Shown: positions 7,451 to 16,002 of the stretch, piece after piece | Layout of the letters: every line of letters starts with the position of its first letter | Numbering within the stretch: the stretch's first letter is position 1 | Origin: Bdellovibrionia bacterium | GTDB lineage: Bacteria; Bdellovibrionota; UBA1018 | Reading direction: 5' to 3' | DNA: 22,810 nt | Assembly (NCBI GenBank): GCA_045805065.1 | Contig: JBJMMA010000156.1 | Span: forward strand, 1-22,810 | The notes under the pieces: model-generated | Told to the model about the DNA's origin: nothing | The model's input: the letters and a program-made list of their open reading frames with translations, nothing else | Database searches by the model: none | Made by a program: the position numbers and the translations under genes

Positions 7451-8401
7451 CTATTCAAATCTGACCACTTTAGAGGTGAAAAAGGTCATTCTTGCGGCAT
7501 TGAGCTGAAAACGGGCCTTGGTCTCATAGCCTGGAAGGGCTTTAGGAGTGGTTGCTTGAGTTTTCTCAACTAAGCCCCACAGCAAAGGCTCCTGAGCCTT
7601 GAACTGTTCGGGATTCTTTTTCGCCCAATCCGGCAAAATCTGCAGGGGGTCCTGCGGCTGAAGCTTTGGATACTGAATATCCCTGAAATAGTAAGCCAGC
7701 ACATGGACCTTCCATTGGTTCTCGGAAAGCATTTCGGGCAGGGTTGTGAGCGCCGCTGGGTCCCACTCCATATAAGGAGTCGGAGGCGTGGCTGCAGGCT
7801 TCACTTGTGACTCTGGCTCGATGGCCGCGTTCCAGCTGTCCATCCATTCCTGGAGCTGCTTTTTCGAACCCGTCAGGGTGAGTTCCAGACGAAGCTTTTG
7901 AGCGAGCTGGTCTTCCGTGAAGCGAAAGCTTTGAGCATCCTGTGGCATGACGGCGGGGATTGGGCGATCCGGTTTGGTAGAATCCAGAAGCTTGGACTCG
8001 TTCAATTTGAGTCCAAAACGTTGGAGCGACTTTTTGATGTCCGCGTTCACGGCCGAGGGTTTTGTCGCACTGGCAGTAGCCAGCGGGATTTTCGTGAAAA
8101 CCTGAAGCGCTTTGAATTCTCTTTCCTGCCGCTGGACGTCCTTTTTGTCCGCGTTTGAATTGCGGACAGTCACATCCACTTCGTTCCAGATATTCTCCAG
8201 GCGAAAGCGCAAGGAGCTTCGCTCAGATTCCGTGAGAGAAGGCGAGGAGCTCTGCACTTTTTTTACCTTGGCCTGAGCATGATGACGAAGCTTGGCAGAG
8301 TCGCTTTGAACGGCAGCGTGACCCGCATTGAACTGAGAAAGTGTAAAAAAAGCCGTAAAAACCGTACCTGCCGTGATTGCCCGTCTCATCATGCATTGCA
8401 T
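7451..8401 (-). CDS. Exported hypothetical protein with a possible PilO/GspM-like domain
   Basis: The ORF is open to 8503, but ATG 8401 has an upstream AAAGGCGGGG and gives a signal-peptide-like 'MQCMMRRAITAGTVFTAFFTLSQFNAGHA'. It lies 36 bp upstream of the receiver gene on the same strand. Confidence 0.7.
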   Translation of the reverse strand: MQCMMRRAITAGTVFTAFFTLSQFNAGHAAVQSDSAKLRHHAQAKVKKVQSSSPSLTESERSSLRFRLENIWNEVDVTVRNSNADKKDVQRQEREFKALQVFTKIPLATASATKPSAVNADIKKSLQRFGLKLNESKLLDSTKPDRPIPAVMPQDAQSFRFTEDQLAQKLRLELTLTGSKKQLQEWMDSWNAAIEPESQVKPAATPPTPYMEWDPAALTTLPEMLSENQWKVHVLAYYFRDIQYPKLQPQDPLQILPDWAKKNPEQFKAQEPLLWGLVEKTQATTPKALPGYETKARFQLNAARMTFFTSKVVRFE

Positions 8402-8584
8402 AGATGCCCCGCCTTTACTGCGCGTTGAATTAGAACGGCGTGACGGAAAGAGCAATACGCGGTGTGCTCGCGCAGTGCGCATTTTGGAGCCACTGAAAGG
8501 CATTAAATGACTATAGATATCGATGAGTTAAAGGAATATTCCGCGATTATTGACTAAATTGGTCTGGTAATATAAATCCAGCCC

Positions 8585-9385
8585 ATGAATTTGGATACGA
8601 CCAAGAAGATCATTGCCTGGGGTTTTCCGCTTTTAGCCTGTCTTTCAACGCCCAGTTGGGCGGTTGTAAAAGGTGCTCTTGCTTATGGCCCGGCCTATTC
8701 GGCAGTGATTGGAATAGAGGGGCGTTCACCCGGGTCGGGATGCTCTGCTGTAGTCATTCATCCCAGGGCACTTCTGACGGCCGCGCATTGCCTCGAATTT
8801 CTGGGCAATGGCTACAATCATTTCTCCTATCCAAGTCGTAACTCAGATCATCGGCTCTACATCAGCAAAATTTACGAGGATCCGTATTACAACGCCAGGG
8901 TGAGCTTGCGTGGTCAATTCAACGCTAATGATGACATCGCTTTAGTGATTTTAAAGAAGCCCATTGAGGATCAAGACATCCTTTCACACATTCCCAAGAT
9001 TACGGAGGAGTCTTCGCTTTCTCCAGACGAAACTCTGATGGCAGTGGGACTTGGAATGTACAAACAGGGAAGGTCTTTAATCCTAGGTGATGATGATAAT
9101 TCCGAGAGGCGCACGGCGCCGTATCGTCTTCAGCAAAAAAGAAGCAGCGTTGATTTCTTGAAAGCAGTGACGCCAGGGATGGGCATGTGTGGTGGTGACA
9201 GCGGAGGAGCGCTCCTTCGCGTTTCTTCGGATGGTGCGCAATCTCAGCTTGTTGGGATCTTAACTGCAACTGGCGGAAGCGGAGTCTGCGGCGACGCTGA
9301 TCAAACCGATTACGCTGAGTCAGTCTCTTCTCACCTGAATTGGATCAAGGAGAACCTTCAAAAAGAGGGAATTACTTTAGAATAG
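8585..9385 (+). CDS. Secreted trypsin-like (S1) serine protease
   Basis: Signal peptide ending '...PSWA'. Catalytic triad motifs 'LTAAHC', 'DDIAL', 'CGGDSGG'. Confidence 0.92.
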   Translation: MNLDTTKKIIAWGFPLLACLSTPSWAVVKGALAYGPAYSAVIGIEGRSPGSGCSAVVIHPRALLTAAHCLEFLGNGYNHFSYPSRNSDHRLYISKIYEDPYYNARVSLRGQFNANDDIALVILKKPIEDQDILSHIPKITEESSLSPDETLMAVGLGMYKQGRSLILGDDDNSERRTAPYRLQQKRSSVDFLKAVTPGMGMCGGDSGGALLRVSSDGAQSQLVGILTATGGSGVCGDADQTDYAESVSSHLNWIKENLQKEGITLE

Positions 9386-9570
9386 GTTCGAACAAAGACC
9401 GTGCTTATTGTGAGCGTTATTACCGGGCCTTTCCGTCCTGCTAAATGGGTTTGTTTTTGATCAGCTCTATTGTGTTTTTGTGGATGTCGACGATCAAGTA
9501 AACATTTGGTTTCTAGTCACAGAGGCCTACGGCATTGCCAAAGCCAGTGAGCTATTGCAGCATGTACGTT

Positions 9571-9939
9571 ATGACCAATCAAATCGTTAGAATCATGGGT
9601 GCGATGAGCATTCTTTTGTTCTCATCAAGTCTTGGCTTCGCTGCTTTCAATAAGAAGCCCGTCTGTAGCAACATGACCCAGGAAATCTGGAATAAAAATC
9701 AGGCAGGATGTATGCGTGCATTTAAACCCGCCATCGAATCAAAGCAGGTGGAAGCTAATTCGACTAAAAGTCTGTGCGACTGCGTTGCTGACGAGCTCGT
9801 CAACAAGACTTCCTGTGAAGACATGCGAAAATTTGACGAAGACAAGAACTTCGAGAAGCAATTAACCGAAAAAATTACTAAGTCATGTAAGTCGCGTTTT
9901 CCGATACAAAAACTTCCTGCGACAAACGCCGGTCATTAA
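9571..9939 (+). CDS. Small secreted cysteine-rich hypothetical protein
   Basis: Signal-like 'MTNQIVRIMGAMSILLFSSSLGFA', then six Cys including 'LCDCVAD'. The start is uncertain (9535, 9562, 9571 or 9595). Confidence 0.7.
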   Translation: MTNQIVRIMGAMSILLFSSSLGFAAFNKKPVCSNMTQEIWNKNQAGCMRAFKPAIESKQVEANSTKSLCDCVADELVNKTSCEDMRKFDEDKNFEKQLTEKITKSCKSRFPIQKLPATNAGH

Positions 9940-9958
9940 TCACTAGTAATCTTGTCAA

Positions 9959-10047
9959 AGCCCGCTCTGGATCATGCTCAGAATGGGCTCCTCAGTTTAA
10001 TTATTTTAGTGGTCAGATCTAGCGCGCGTTTTCGTGCGCTGATCTGA
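9959..10047. terminator. Two hairpins between convergent genes (probable terminator or RNA-stability elements)
   Basis: AGCCCgcTCTG...CAGAatGGGCT (9959-9989) and TCAGATC-t-AGCGCGCG-tttt-CGTGCGCT-GATCTGA (10013-10047). No strong U-tract. Confidence 0.45.
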
Positions 10048-10078
10048 GTAGAGTTGCGAGGCGAGTCGCGCTCACATT

Positions 10079-11326
10079 TTATTTAAGCGACCCGAAACGA
10101 TCAATGCGCGAAGCACGCGCATCCCCGCGAAGATCAGCATCGGTCAGAATATCCCCACGCTCAAGCTCGCGAGCAGGATCTTCCTGCCCCTTTGGACGAT
10201 AGCGCGCGCGACGTTTTCCGCCTTCATTGCTGCAAACAAAGAACTCAAGCTCTTTGCCTTCTTTATGAGCAGGACTCACCAGGCGTTGAGTTGTTTTGAC
10301 TCTAGCCAAGGCAGGTAAAATCTCTTCGCGCGGACGACGGCTCTTAGTGACCACCAAGTAACTGAAAGGAAGCGTTTTGCGATCCAGCTCGGCGAGTTGA
10401 TCGATGAGTCTGAAGTAAGGCGGGCGCCACCAGACCGCTTCCTCGTGACACCAATCTTCTTCTGCGGCAAGCGCGCCGCAGGCTTGATGCCCAAGGCAGG
10501 GAAGCAGGATCTGAAGCCAGTCGATTTTTTTTCGCTCAGCTTCGGCAAGAAGCTCTTTTCTGATTTCCAGAAGTTTTCTCGACTGAAGTTTGAGCGCGGG
10601 CTCAATTAGAATCGCCACGCCTTCTTCCTCAAGATGAAGCTCCCAGGAGCGAAGAAGCTGTTGCGCGATCTCACGAGGAGACTCAGAGAACTCATTCAAG
10701 AAAAAGCTCATGATCCAGGCGTTGAACTTAGGAGCATTTCTTGGCAGAAATCCGTCCTTGAGTTTCATCTTGCGATGAAACGGACGCATTCCCCAATCCG
10801 GCATCCCTTGAGCTGCGCAATAGGCTTCAGCCCAGTTTTTCCCAAGCTCAAGCATGGCCTTGTCTTGCTCAATCAATGCCCAGTTGCCGCTTTGGGGCAT
10901 CCCAATCGGCGCATATTTTTCAGCCACCGCTGAAGCACTGGCTCCGGGAGCAGGTCCTGCGCCAAACTCAATTCCTCTGATTGTCTCGCCCGCACTCCAG
11001 CGAAAGCCAAGCCGTGAGAGCTCAGCCCAAACCGAGGCGATGCGGAAAAGATTGGAGGGCATGAAATAAAGAAAATAAGCGGCACGAAGATGCGCGGGAT
11101 TGGAACTTTCCTTCCAATAAGGGTCCAAGGCAGCCGATTGCTCTTTTTCCTCACGGTTAAAAAGCGAAGAAAGCTTATGAATGTGAGGAACAATGGCGCG
11201 CGCCACGTAGCGATTGGACTTTAAAGAAGGCGCGTCCGGAAGCAACGTCTGCCGAACGGCAAAGTCCGCAATAAAATTCTCAAATGAAGCATCAAAAGCC
11301 GATGCCAGGGCTGATGGAATTCGCAT
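10079..11326 (-). CDS. Rsm22/METTL17-family SAM-dependent methyltransferase-like protein (small ribosomal subunit)
   Basis: 415 aa. 'AYFLYFMP.N', SAM motif 'IEFGAGPA', 'ILIEPA', 'PCLGHQACG...DWCH', 'FSYLVV', 'RLVS'. Confidence 0.85.
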   Translation of the reverse strand: MRIPSALASAFDASFENFIADFAVRQTLLPDAPSLKSNRYVARAIVPHIHKLSSLFNREEKEQSAALDPYWKESSNPAHLRAAYFLYFMPSNLFRIASVWAELSRLGFRWSAGETIRGIEFGAGPAPGASASAVAEKYAPIGMPQSGNWALIEQDKAMLELGKNWAEAYCAAQGMPDWGMRPFHRKMKLKDGFLPRNAPKFNAWIMSFFLNEFSESPREIAQQLLRSWELHLEEEGVAILIEPALKLQSRKLLEIRKELLAEAERKKIDWLQILLPCLGHQACGALAAEEDWCHEEAVWWRPPYFRLIDQLAELDRKTLPFSYLVVTKSRRPREEILPALARVKTTQRLVSPAHKEGKELEFFVCSNEGGKRRARYRPKGQEDPARELERGDILTDADLRGDARASRIDRFGSLK

Positions 11327-11395
11327 ATTTCGTTGCCCCTAACAGACCAAAGGCGGTGGCCTTTGTCCAGAGGCTGCGTTAGATTCAGGACGGAT

Positions 11396-13276
11396 ATGAG
11401 GGAAAAGGTCCTGGTTTTTGGTCCAAGCCGAGGAGTTACGCTCCGAATTGCAAGCCAGCTGAAAGATGCTGGGCTGGAGCCCCTTGTCCCGGGCCTCTCA
11501 GATGACCGCTTGCCATCGCTTTCTGACCCGGATGCGACCCGGAAGATGGCCGAGCTCCTGAAATCTTATGGCGATCAAGTTCAATGGCTCCATCCTGGGC
11601 TGAGCGCCTGGGCCGAGCGGCCTGAGCTTCCCACTCTTGGGGATCAGGCTGGAATGAGCGTGATTTCTCCAGCGCCCCGGGTTCTTTCACTCTTTGGCAA
11701 CAAACTGACTCTGTTTGAAAAAGGCGAGGAGCTTGGGATTCCAAACCTGGTCATTGATCCCGAGCCTATGCATAGCCTTCGAGAGATTGAGAAGTTTGTC
11801 CGCTCCCGTCGACAAAAATTTCCGTTCATCATGAAGACCGCGAAAGGCGGCAGCCGTTTTGGACTGACCGCATTTCACGAGGCAACGGAGCTTGAATCAA
11901 AGCTTCCGCTCTGGCTTGAGCAGATCCGCAACAGCTGCGGGGAAGTGATTCTTTTTGCAGAACGCTATCTCGAAGGCTCCCGCCTGATTTCGGTTCCCTT
12001 TGCTCGCTTCATTGACGGACGCTCGACCGTTTTTCCACTCATCGATGCTTCGCTTCAATGCCGGCACCGCAAGGTGATTGAGTTTTGTCCTGCTCCAAGT
12101 ATCAGCGATTCGATTCAAACTCAGATTGAGCAGTGGACGTTGAGCCTTGCCAAGCACTGCAATTACGTTGGCGTTGGCGCGCTTGAATTTCTCATTGATA
12201 GTGATCGTGCCTATCTGATCGGCGGATCGCCAAGACTTCATGCTGCATTTCATCTTTGGGAGAAAGTGGCGGGAACCCAAGCGGTAGCTTGGCAACTGGC
12301 CGCACTTCAAGGCGGCAAGGCAGTCAAATTTCCTGATCAAAAGCCTGAGAAAAAATGGCAATCCGCAGTCGCTCTCAGACTTTATGCCGAAGACTCGGTC
12401 CTGCAGCTTCCGCAGCCAGGCGTTGTTCATCAGATGATTGAGCAGCGGAACTGGGATTTCTCCATTGGAGAAGCTGAGCTTGATCTGATGGTTGAGTGCG
12501 GTGAAGCCGTCAGTCCCGGCGAGCAAGGCTGGATTGGAACTCTTTGGGTGGGCTCGACTGAGCGCGCGCAAGTGATGAAGATTGCTCAGGGCGTACTCGA
12601 TCAGATCTGGATTGCAGGGTCGCTGCAGACGAACGAGAGATTTTTAGCTGAACTTCTTCAGCATCCTTGGGTGCGGGAAGGGATGTTCCATACTGGATTT
12701 ATTGATGAAGAATTCCTGCCATCTCTCAGAGCTCCTTCTGAGTTGATCAAGCTTTTTGCCTCAGCACTTGAAGCGATGGGTGAGGGACGTTCAGGTTTTC
12801 GCTGGGCAGTCGGTGACCAGTGGGTCAAGCCAGACTCAAGTCTGATCGAATGGGTATCGCCTCCTGAAGCTTGGTCCAAGCTTGAAGGAGAGGTTTCAGT
12901 GACGGGCCTTTCGGGTGTGCTGAGAATTTCCGATGGCCGACAGCTGAAATACTGCGCTTATCCCTTGGCTGAGGGTCGGTGGCAGGTGCGTCTCGGAGCT
13001 TGGGTTATGATCGTGCGACGCGCGCCCGGCAAGTCAGCCGAAAAACCCAAGCCAAAGATCTCATCGCTGATTCCTGGAAAAGTGCATTCGATTTTGTTTC
13101 GGGACGGGGCAATGGTTCAGGCACATGAGCCTATTTTGATTGTCGAGTCGTTGGGAATGCTGATTCCCCACGCATTGCCGGTCGACGTCCGAATTGAGCG
13201 TTGGAAAGTGCTGCCTGAGCAGAAGGTACATGCCGGCCAAGAGCTTGCAGAGTTCCAGGTGTTGGCAAAGACTTAA
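11396..13276 (+). CDS. Degenerate biotin carboxylase (ATP-grasp) fused to a biotinyl/lipoyl-like domain; acyl-CoA carboxylase alpha-like, probably non-catalytic
   Basis: Recognisable BC skeleton ('LHPG', 'FGNK', 'FPFIMK', 'ERYLE', 'SLQCRHRKVIE..PAP', 'YVGVGALEFL', 'RLYAED', 'PQPG', 'QTN..FL') and a C-terminal 'SLIPGKV...LIVESLGM' domain. ATG 11396 (upstream AGGACGGA) is preferred over TTG 11333. Confidence 0.82.
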   Translation: MREKVLVFGPSRGVTLRIASQLKDAGLEPLVPGLSDDRLPSLSDPDATRKMAELLKSYGDQVQWLHPGLSAWAERPELPTLGDQAGMSVISPAPRVLSLFGNKLTLFEKGEELGIPNLVIDPEPMHSLREIEKFVRSRRQKFPFIMKTAKGGSRFGLTAFHEATELESKLPLWLEQIRNSCGEVILFAERYLEGSRLISVPFARFIDGRSTVFPLIDASLQCRHRKVIEFCPAPSISDSIQTQIEQWTLSLAKHCNYVGVGALEFLIDSDRAYLIGGSPRLHAAFHLWEKVAGTQAVAWQLAALQGGKAVKFPDQKPEKKWQSAVALRLYAEDSVLQLPQPGVVHQMIEQRNWDFSIGEAELDLMVECGEAVSPGEQGWIGTLWVGSTERAQVMKIAQGVLDQIWIAGSLQTNERFLAELLQHPWVREGMFHTGFIDEEFLPSLRAPSELIKLFASALEAMGEGRSGFRWAVGDQWVKPDSSLIEWVSPPEAWSKLEGEVSVTGLSGVLRISDGRQLKYCAYPLAEGRWQVRLGAWVMIVRRAPGKSAEKPKPKISSLIPGKVHSILFRDGAMVQAHEPILIVESLGMLIPHALPVDVRIERWKVLPEQKVHAGQELAEFQVLAKT

Positions 13277-13297
13277 GCGTTCTGCTAAGGTGGAGTT

Positions 13298-13597
13298 ATG
13301 CCTAGCTATACCCGAAAAGTGCAAATCCCTGGTAAATCTGCTCAACAGCTTTATGAAACGGTTGCAGCACAGATTGATCGCTTCATTGATAAGGCGCCTG
13401 CCAAGTTTGAAATCGAACGCGATGCAGAGCGCAGGGAAGTCAGGCTGAATTCCTCCATGGCTACGGCAACGTTGGTTTGCCGCGAAGGGGAAATGGAAGT
13501 GGAAGCAAAACTGAGCCTTTTTGCCGCTCCGTTTAAATCAAAAATCGATGACGGCATCAATAAGTGGCTCTCGAAGACCTTTAACATCACTGTTTAA
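13298..13597 (+). CDS. Polyhydroxyalkanoic acid system (PHA_gran_rgn-like) family protein
   Basis: 99 aa. C-terminal 'VEAKLSLFAAPFKSKIDDGINKWL' is typical of the family. SD-like AAGGTGGAG. Confidence 0.7.
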   Translation: MPSYTRKVQIPGKSAQQLYETVAAQIDRFIDKAPAKFEIERDAERREVRLNSSMATATLVCREGEMEVEAKLSLFAAPFKSKIDDGINKWLSKTFNITV

Positions 13598-13776
13598 TCC
13601 CGTTTGATGATCCGTTTCCTGTTCCTCTTGCGGACGCTCAGATAAAAATATTTTAAGTTTTGCAAACAAAGCTTAGGCGTCAGCGACTTTATACGCTAAT
13701 GTAAAGGTTATCTGACCAGGACAATAGAGAGCCGGTCCGAGACCTAGTACGAGTCCTACATGGAGGAATGAGTGAA

Positions 13777-14232
13777 ATGGTAACTCAAAGTACAAAGCGG
13801 GAAAGTGTCCGTTTGTTGTGCAAAAGCATTGTCACTCGGTTGGAAAATCGGAAAGCAATCGAGTTTCCCGCCAGACTCCGCCAGATCGTCGCAGATGAAC
13901 TTTTCTCATTAGTCGGTCCGTATGTTTTAACTGATGAAGACCTTCGCGATCGAACTTTGGCGAAAATTGGCGCTAAGGCTGAGATGCTTGAAAACACGCA
14001 GTTCACCGACAGTGACCAATACAAGGCTGCAAAAGCGGTTATTCGCAGCTCCTTTGGCGACGATGAACTGAACGGATTCTACTTTCAGAAGCCTTTAAAA
14101 ACCGTTGCTCAAAGCATTGCTCAATACTTCATGCGCTCATCTCATATTGATGATGTGTATGAGTCAGACGAAGAGCTTGAAAAAGACATCGTCGACATGG
14201 TCAAGCGCTTCAATCCAGCCGAAGCACACTAA
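13777..14232 (+). CDS. DUF507-like protein
   Basis: Two-repeat helical pattern ('VRLLCKSIVTRL...IEF' and 'VAQSIAQYF...IDDVYESDEEL..DI'). GGAGGA at 13762-13767 is spaced for ATG 13777 rather than 13768. Confidence 0.65.
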   Translation: MVTQSTKRESVRLLCKSIVTRLENRKAIEFPARLRQIVADELFSLVGPYVLTDEDLRDRTLAKIGAKAEMLENTQFTDSDQYKAAKAVIRSSFGDDELNGFYFQKPLKTVAQSIAQYFMRSSHIDDVYESDEELEKDIVDMVKRFNPAEAH

Positions 14233-14253
14233 GTTTTTTTCTTTCAGACAAAT

Positions 14254-14296
14254 AAAAAAGGGGGGCTTTCTTTCGAAAGCCCCCCTTTCTTTTTTT
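14254..14296. terminator. Bidirectional intrinsic terminator
   Basis: A6-GGGGGGCTTTC-tttc-GAAAGCCCCCC-TTTCTTTTTTT between convergent genes. Confidence 0.9.
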
Positions 14297-14331
14297 AATC
14301 TCGGCGGGACTTGCGCCCCGCCTGATACCGA

Positions 14332-16002
14332 TTAGAGTCCAACCGTTGCGTAGGCCTTGGTCACGGCCTGGCATGCTGCCGTGTCAAGAACGCTTGGGCA
14401 CAAGGTCTTGATCGACTTGGTTGAGGACGCGATATCGTCGCGAGCCGTCAACGCGTGGGTCATCGCTGCGTAGTAAAGCTTTTCAGCCTTAGGTGCACCG
14501 ATGGCTTGAATCACGAGGTAAGCAGCATGGCTTACGATCGTTGAATTGATGTGCACCCAGCAATTGTCGTTTGAGCCATCGCAGGTTGCCATCTGTGGCA
14601 TCTTTTCTTTCAGAGTCGTTGGGAACGGTCTTCTTTGAGCGCAGGTTCCGGTTGGTCCGTAGGATGCGCAGAAGGTGAGGGTTCCTGGATTAGCGATATC
14701 GCGAACGCCCTTAGCGGTTGCTGGGTTCACGAAAATCTTACGTCCAATTGCCCAGTCGTTGTCGTTTGCGATCATCTTGCCGAAGAAGTCGGCAAAAGCT
14801 TCGTTCAGGGCGCCGGATTCCTTCATGCCCAAGAACTTAGCCGTGTAAGCCACGACACCGTGGGTTTGTTCGTGACCTGCCACGTCGAGAGCCAAGGTGA
14901 AGTCATTGAAGACTTTTCCATCGCCATCGCCGTAGACCATGATGTTTTGCTGAGTGCTCCAGTAAGCATTGTCATAGCCAATGCCGCCGTGCACGACGTT
15001 CACAGGAGATGCGCCCCTGTTGTCGTAGCTGTTACGGCCATGGTGCGTTTGGTAGTACGCCAATACTGCTTGGGAGTTCTGGAACGCGCGCATTGCTGAA
15101 GGGTCATTTCCTACAGGTGCGCTGTTCTTGACTTGAGGTTGGCAGAATTGAGGCTGGATCACAGCGGGTTGATCGCCCAAAACGACTTGGCACTGGTTAG
15201 GTGGCAAATCAGACATCGACAAGGTTTTGCACTTCGTCGCATCGATTTGTGTCTTCTTGCCGCTCGACAGATCGGTCAGGGTGCAGCTTCCAATCGTTGG
15301 CTTACCAGTGGTTGGGTCCTTGATAACGTTTTGAGAAACCGCAGTTCCCAATTTCTGAGCGCTGAAAACGCTGATTGGGGCGATTGCGATATTCTTGGAG
15401 ATGTTTCCAACGACTTCGCCCGAGTTCGCGTCGATGATCACTTCACGTGCGCCATCGATATCGTTTGCGTCGATGTCGACCCAGTAAACGAGGCGAGCGC
15501 CGTTGCTTTCGGATTCAGGAAGAATCTTCAAGGTTGGCTTGTTGCTCAGGTCGCGCTTGCCCAGGAGGGAGAGAGCGACTTCAGAGGCTTCTTTTTCGTC
15601 CAGGCGTGGATGAGTGTCCAAATCCAATTGGGCGACGCGGTTCAAAATGTGGCTTCCGAAGAGGGAAGTGTGGTGCATCGCCATGGATCCGATGACTTCC
15701 AAGCCCTTGTAGAAGTGTTGGAACTTAACGGTTTCAAGCTTGCCGGAAGAAACGCGCTTCACAGCATTCAGTGTGTTGTTGGATTCTTCGAAGATTGAAC
15801 GCATCGAGCGCTCGCTCTTGAGTGCATTCCATGCGTCGTTCAAACGAAGCATGGAGCGGTTCATTTCCAGTGGGTTCGGGAGCTGAGGAGCGGTTTCATC
15901 CGAATCAACGCTCGCGTAGCTGGATTGAGCTGCGCAGCCCAGGACGGCCATTGCCACAGCAGCAGTAAGAGTCTTCCGACCGAGCTTTTCTACTTTCCCC
16001 AT
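14332..16002 (-). CDS. Secreted M4 (thermolysin-family) zinc metalloprotease with FTP/PepSY propeptide
   Basis: 'NAYW', 'YGDGDG', 'LDVAGHEQTHG' (HExxH), 'ESGALNEAFAD', 'VHINS'. Propeptide 'FQHFYKGLEV' and 'IIDANSGEV'. ATG 16002 (upstream GGGGGAAAA, followed by a signal peptide) is preferred over 16134. Confidence 0.93.
   Translation of the reverse strand: MGKVEKLGRKTLTAAVAMAVLGCAAQSSYASVDSDETAPQLPNPLEMNRSMLRLNDAWNALKSERSMRSIFEESNNTLNAVKRVSSGKLETVKFQHFYKGLEVIGSMAMHHTSLFGSHILNRVAQLDLDTHPRLDEKEASEVALSLLGKRDLSNKPTLKILPESESNGARLVYWVDIDANDIDGAREVIIDANSGEVVGNISKNIAIAPISVFSAQKLGTAVSQNVIKDPTTGKPTIGSCTLTDLSSGKKTQIDATKCKTLSMSDLPPNQCQVVLGDQPAVIQPQFCQPQVKNSAPVGNDPSAMRAFQNSQAVLAYYQTHHGRNSYDNRGASPVNVVHGGIGYDNAYWSTQQNIMVYGDGDGKVFNDFTLALDVAGHEQTHGVVAYTAKFLGMKESGALNEAFADFFGKMIANDNDWAIGRKIFVNPATAKGVRDIANPGTLTFCASYGPTGTCAQRRPFPTTLKEKMPQMATCDGSNDNCWVHINSTIVSHAAYLVIQAIGAPKAEKLYYAAMTHALTARDDIASSTKSIKTLCPSVLDTAACQAVTKAYATVGL

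Noticed and set aside
11396..13276. Calling the degenerate carboxylase a pseudogene or a normal accC/pccA
   Set aside because: The frame is intact and full-length, so it is not an evident pseudogene. Key catalytic residues and the biotin Lys are missing, so a normal gene symbol is not justified.
13638..13715. 8-bp inverted repeat TCAGATAA...TTATCTGA as an ncRNA boundary
   Set aside because: Short AT-rich arms 62 bp apart with only weak internal pairing; compatible with chance.
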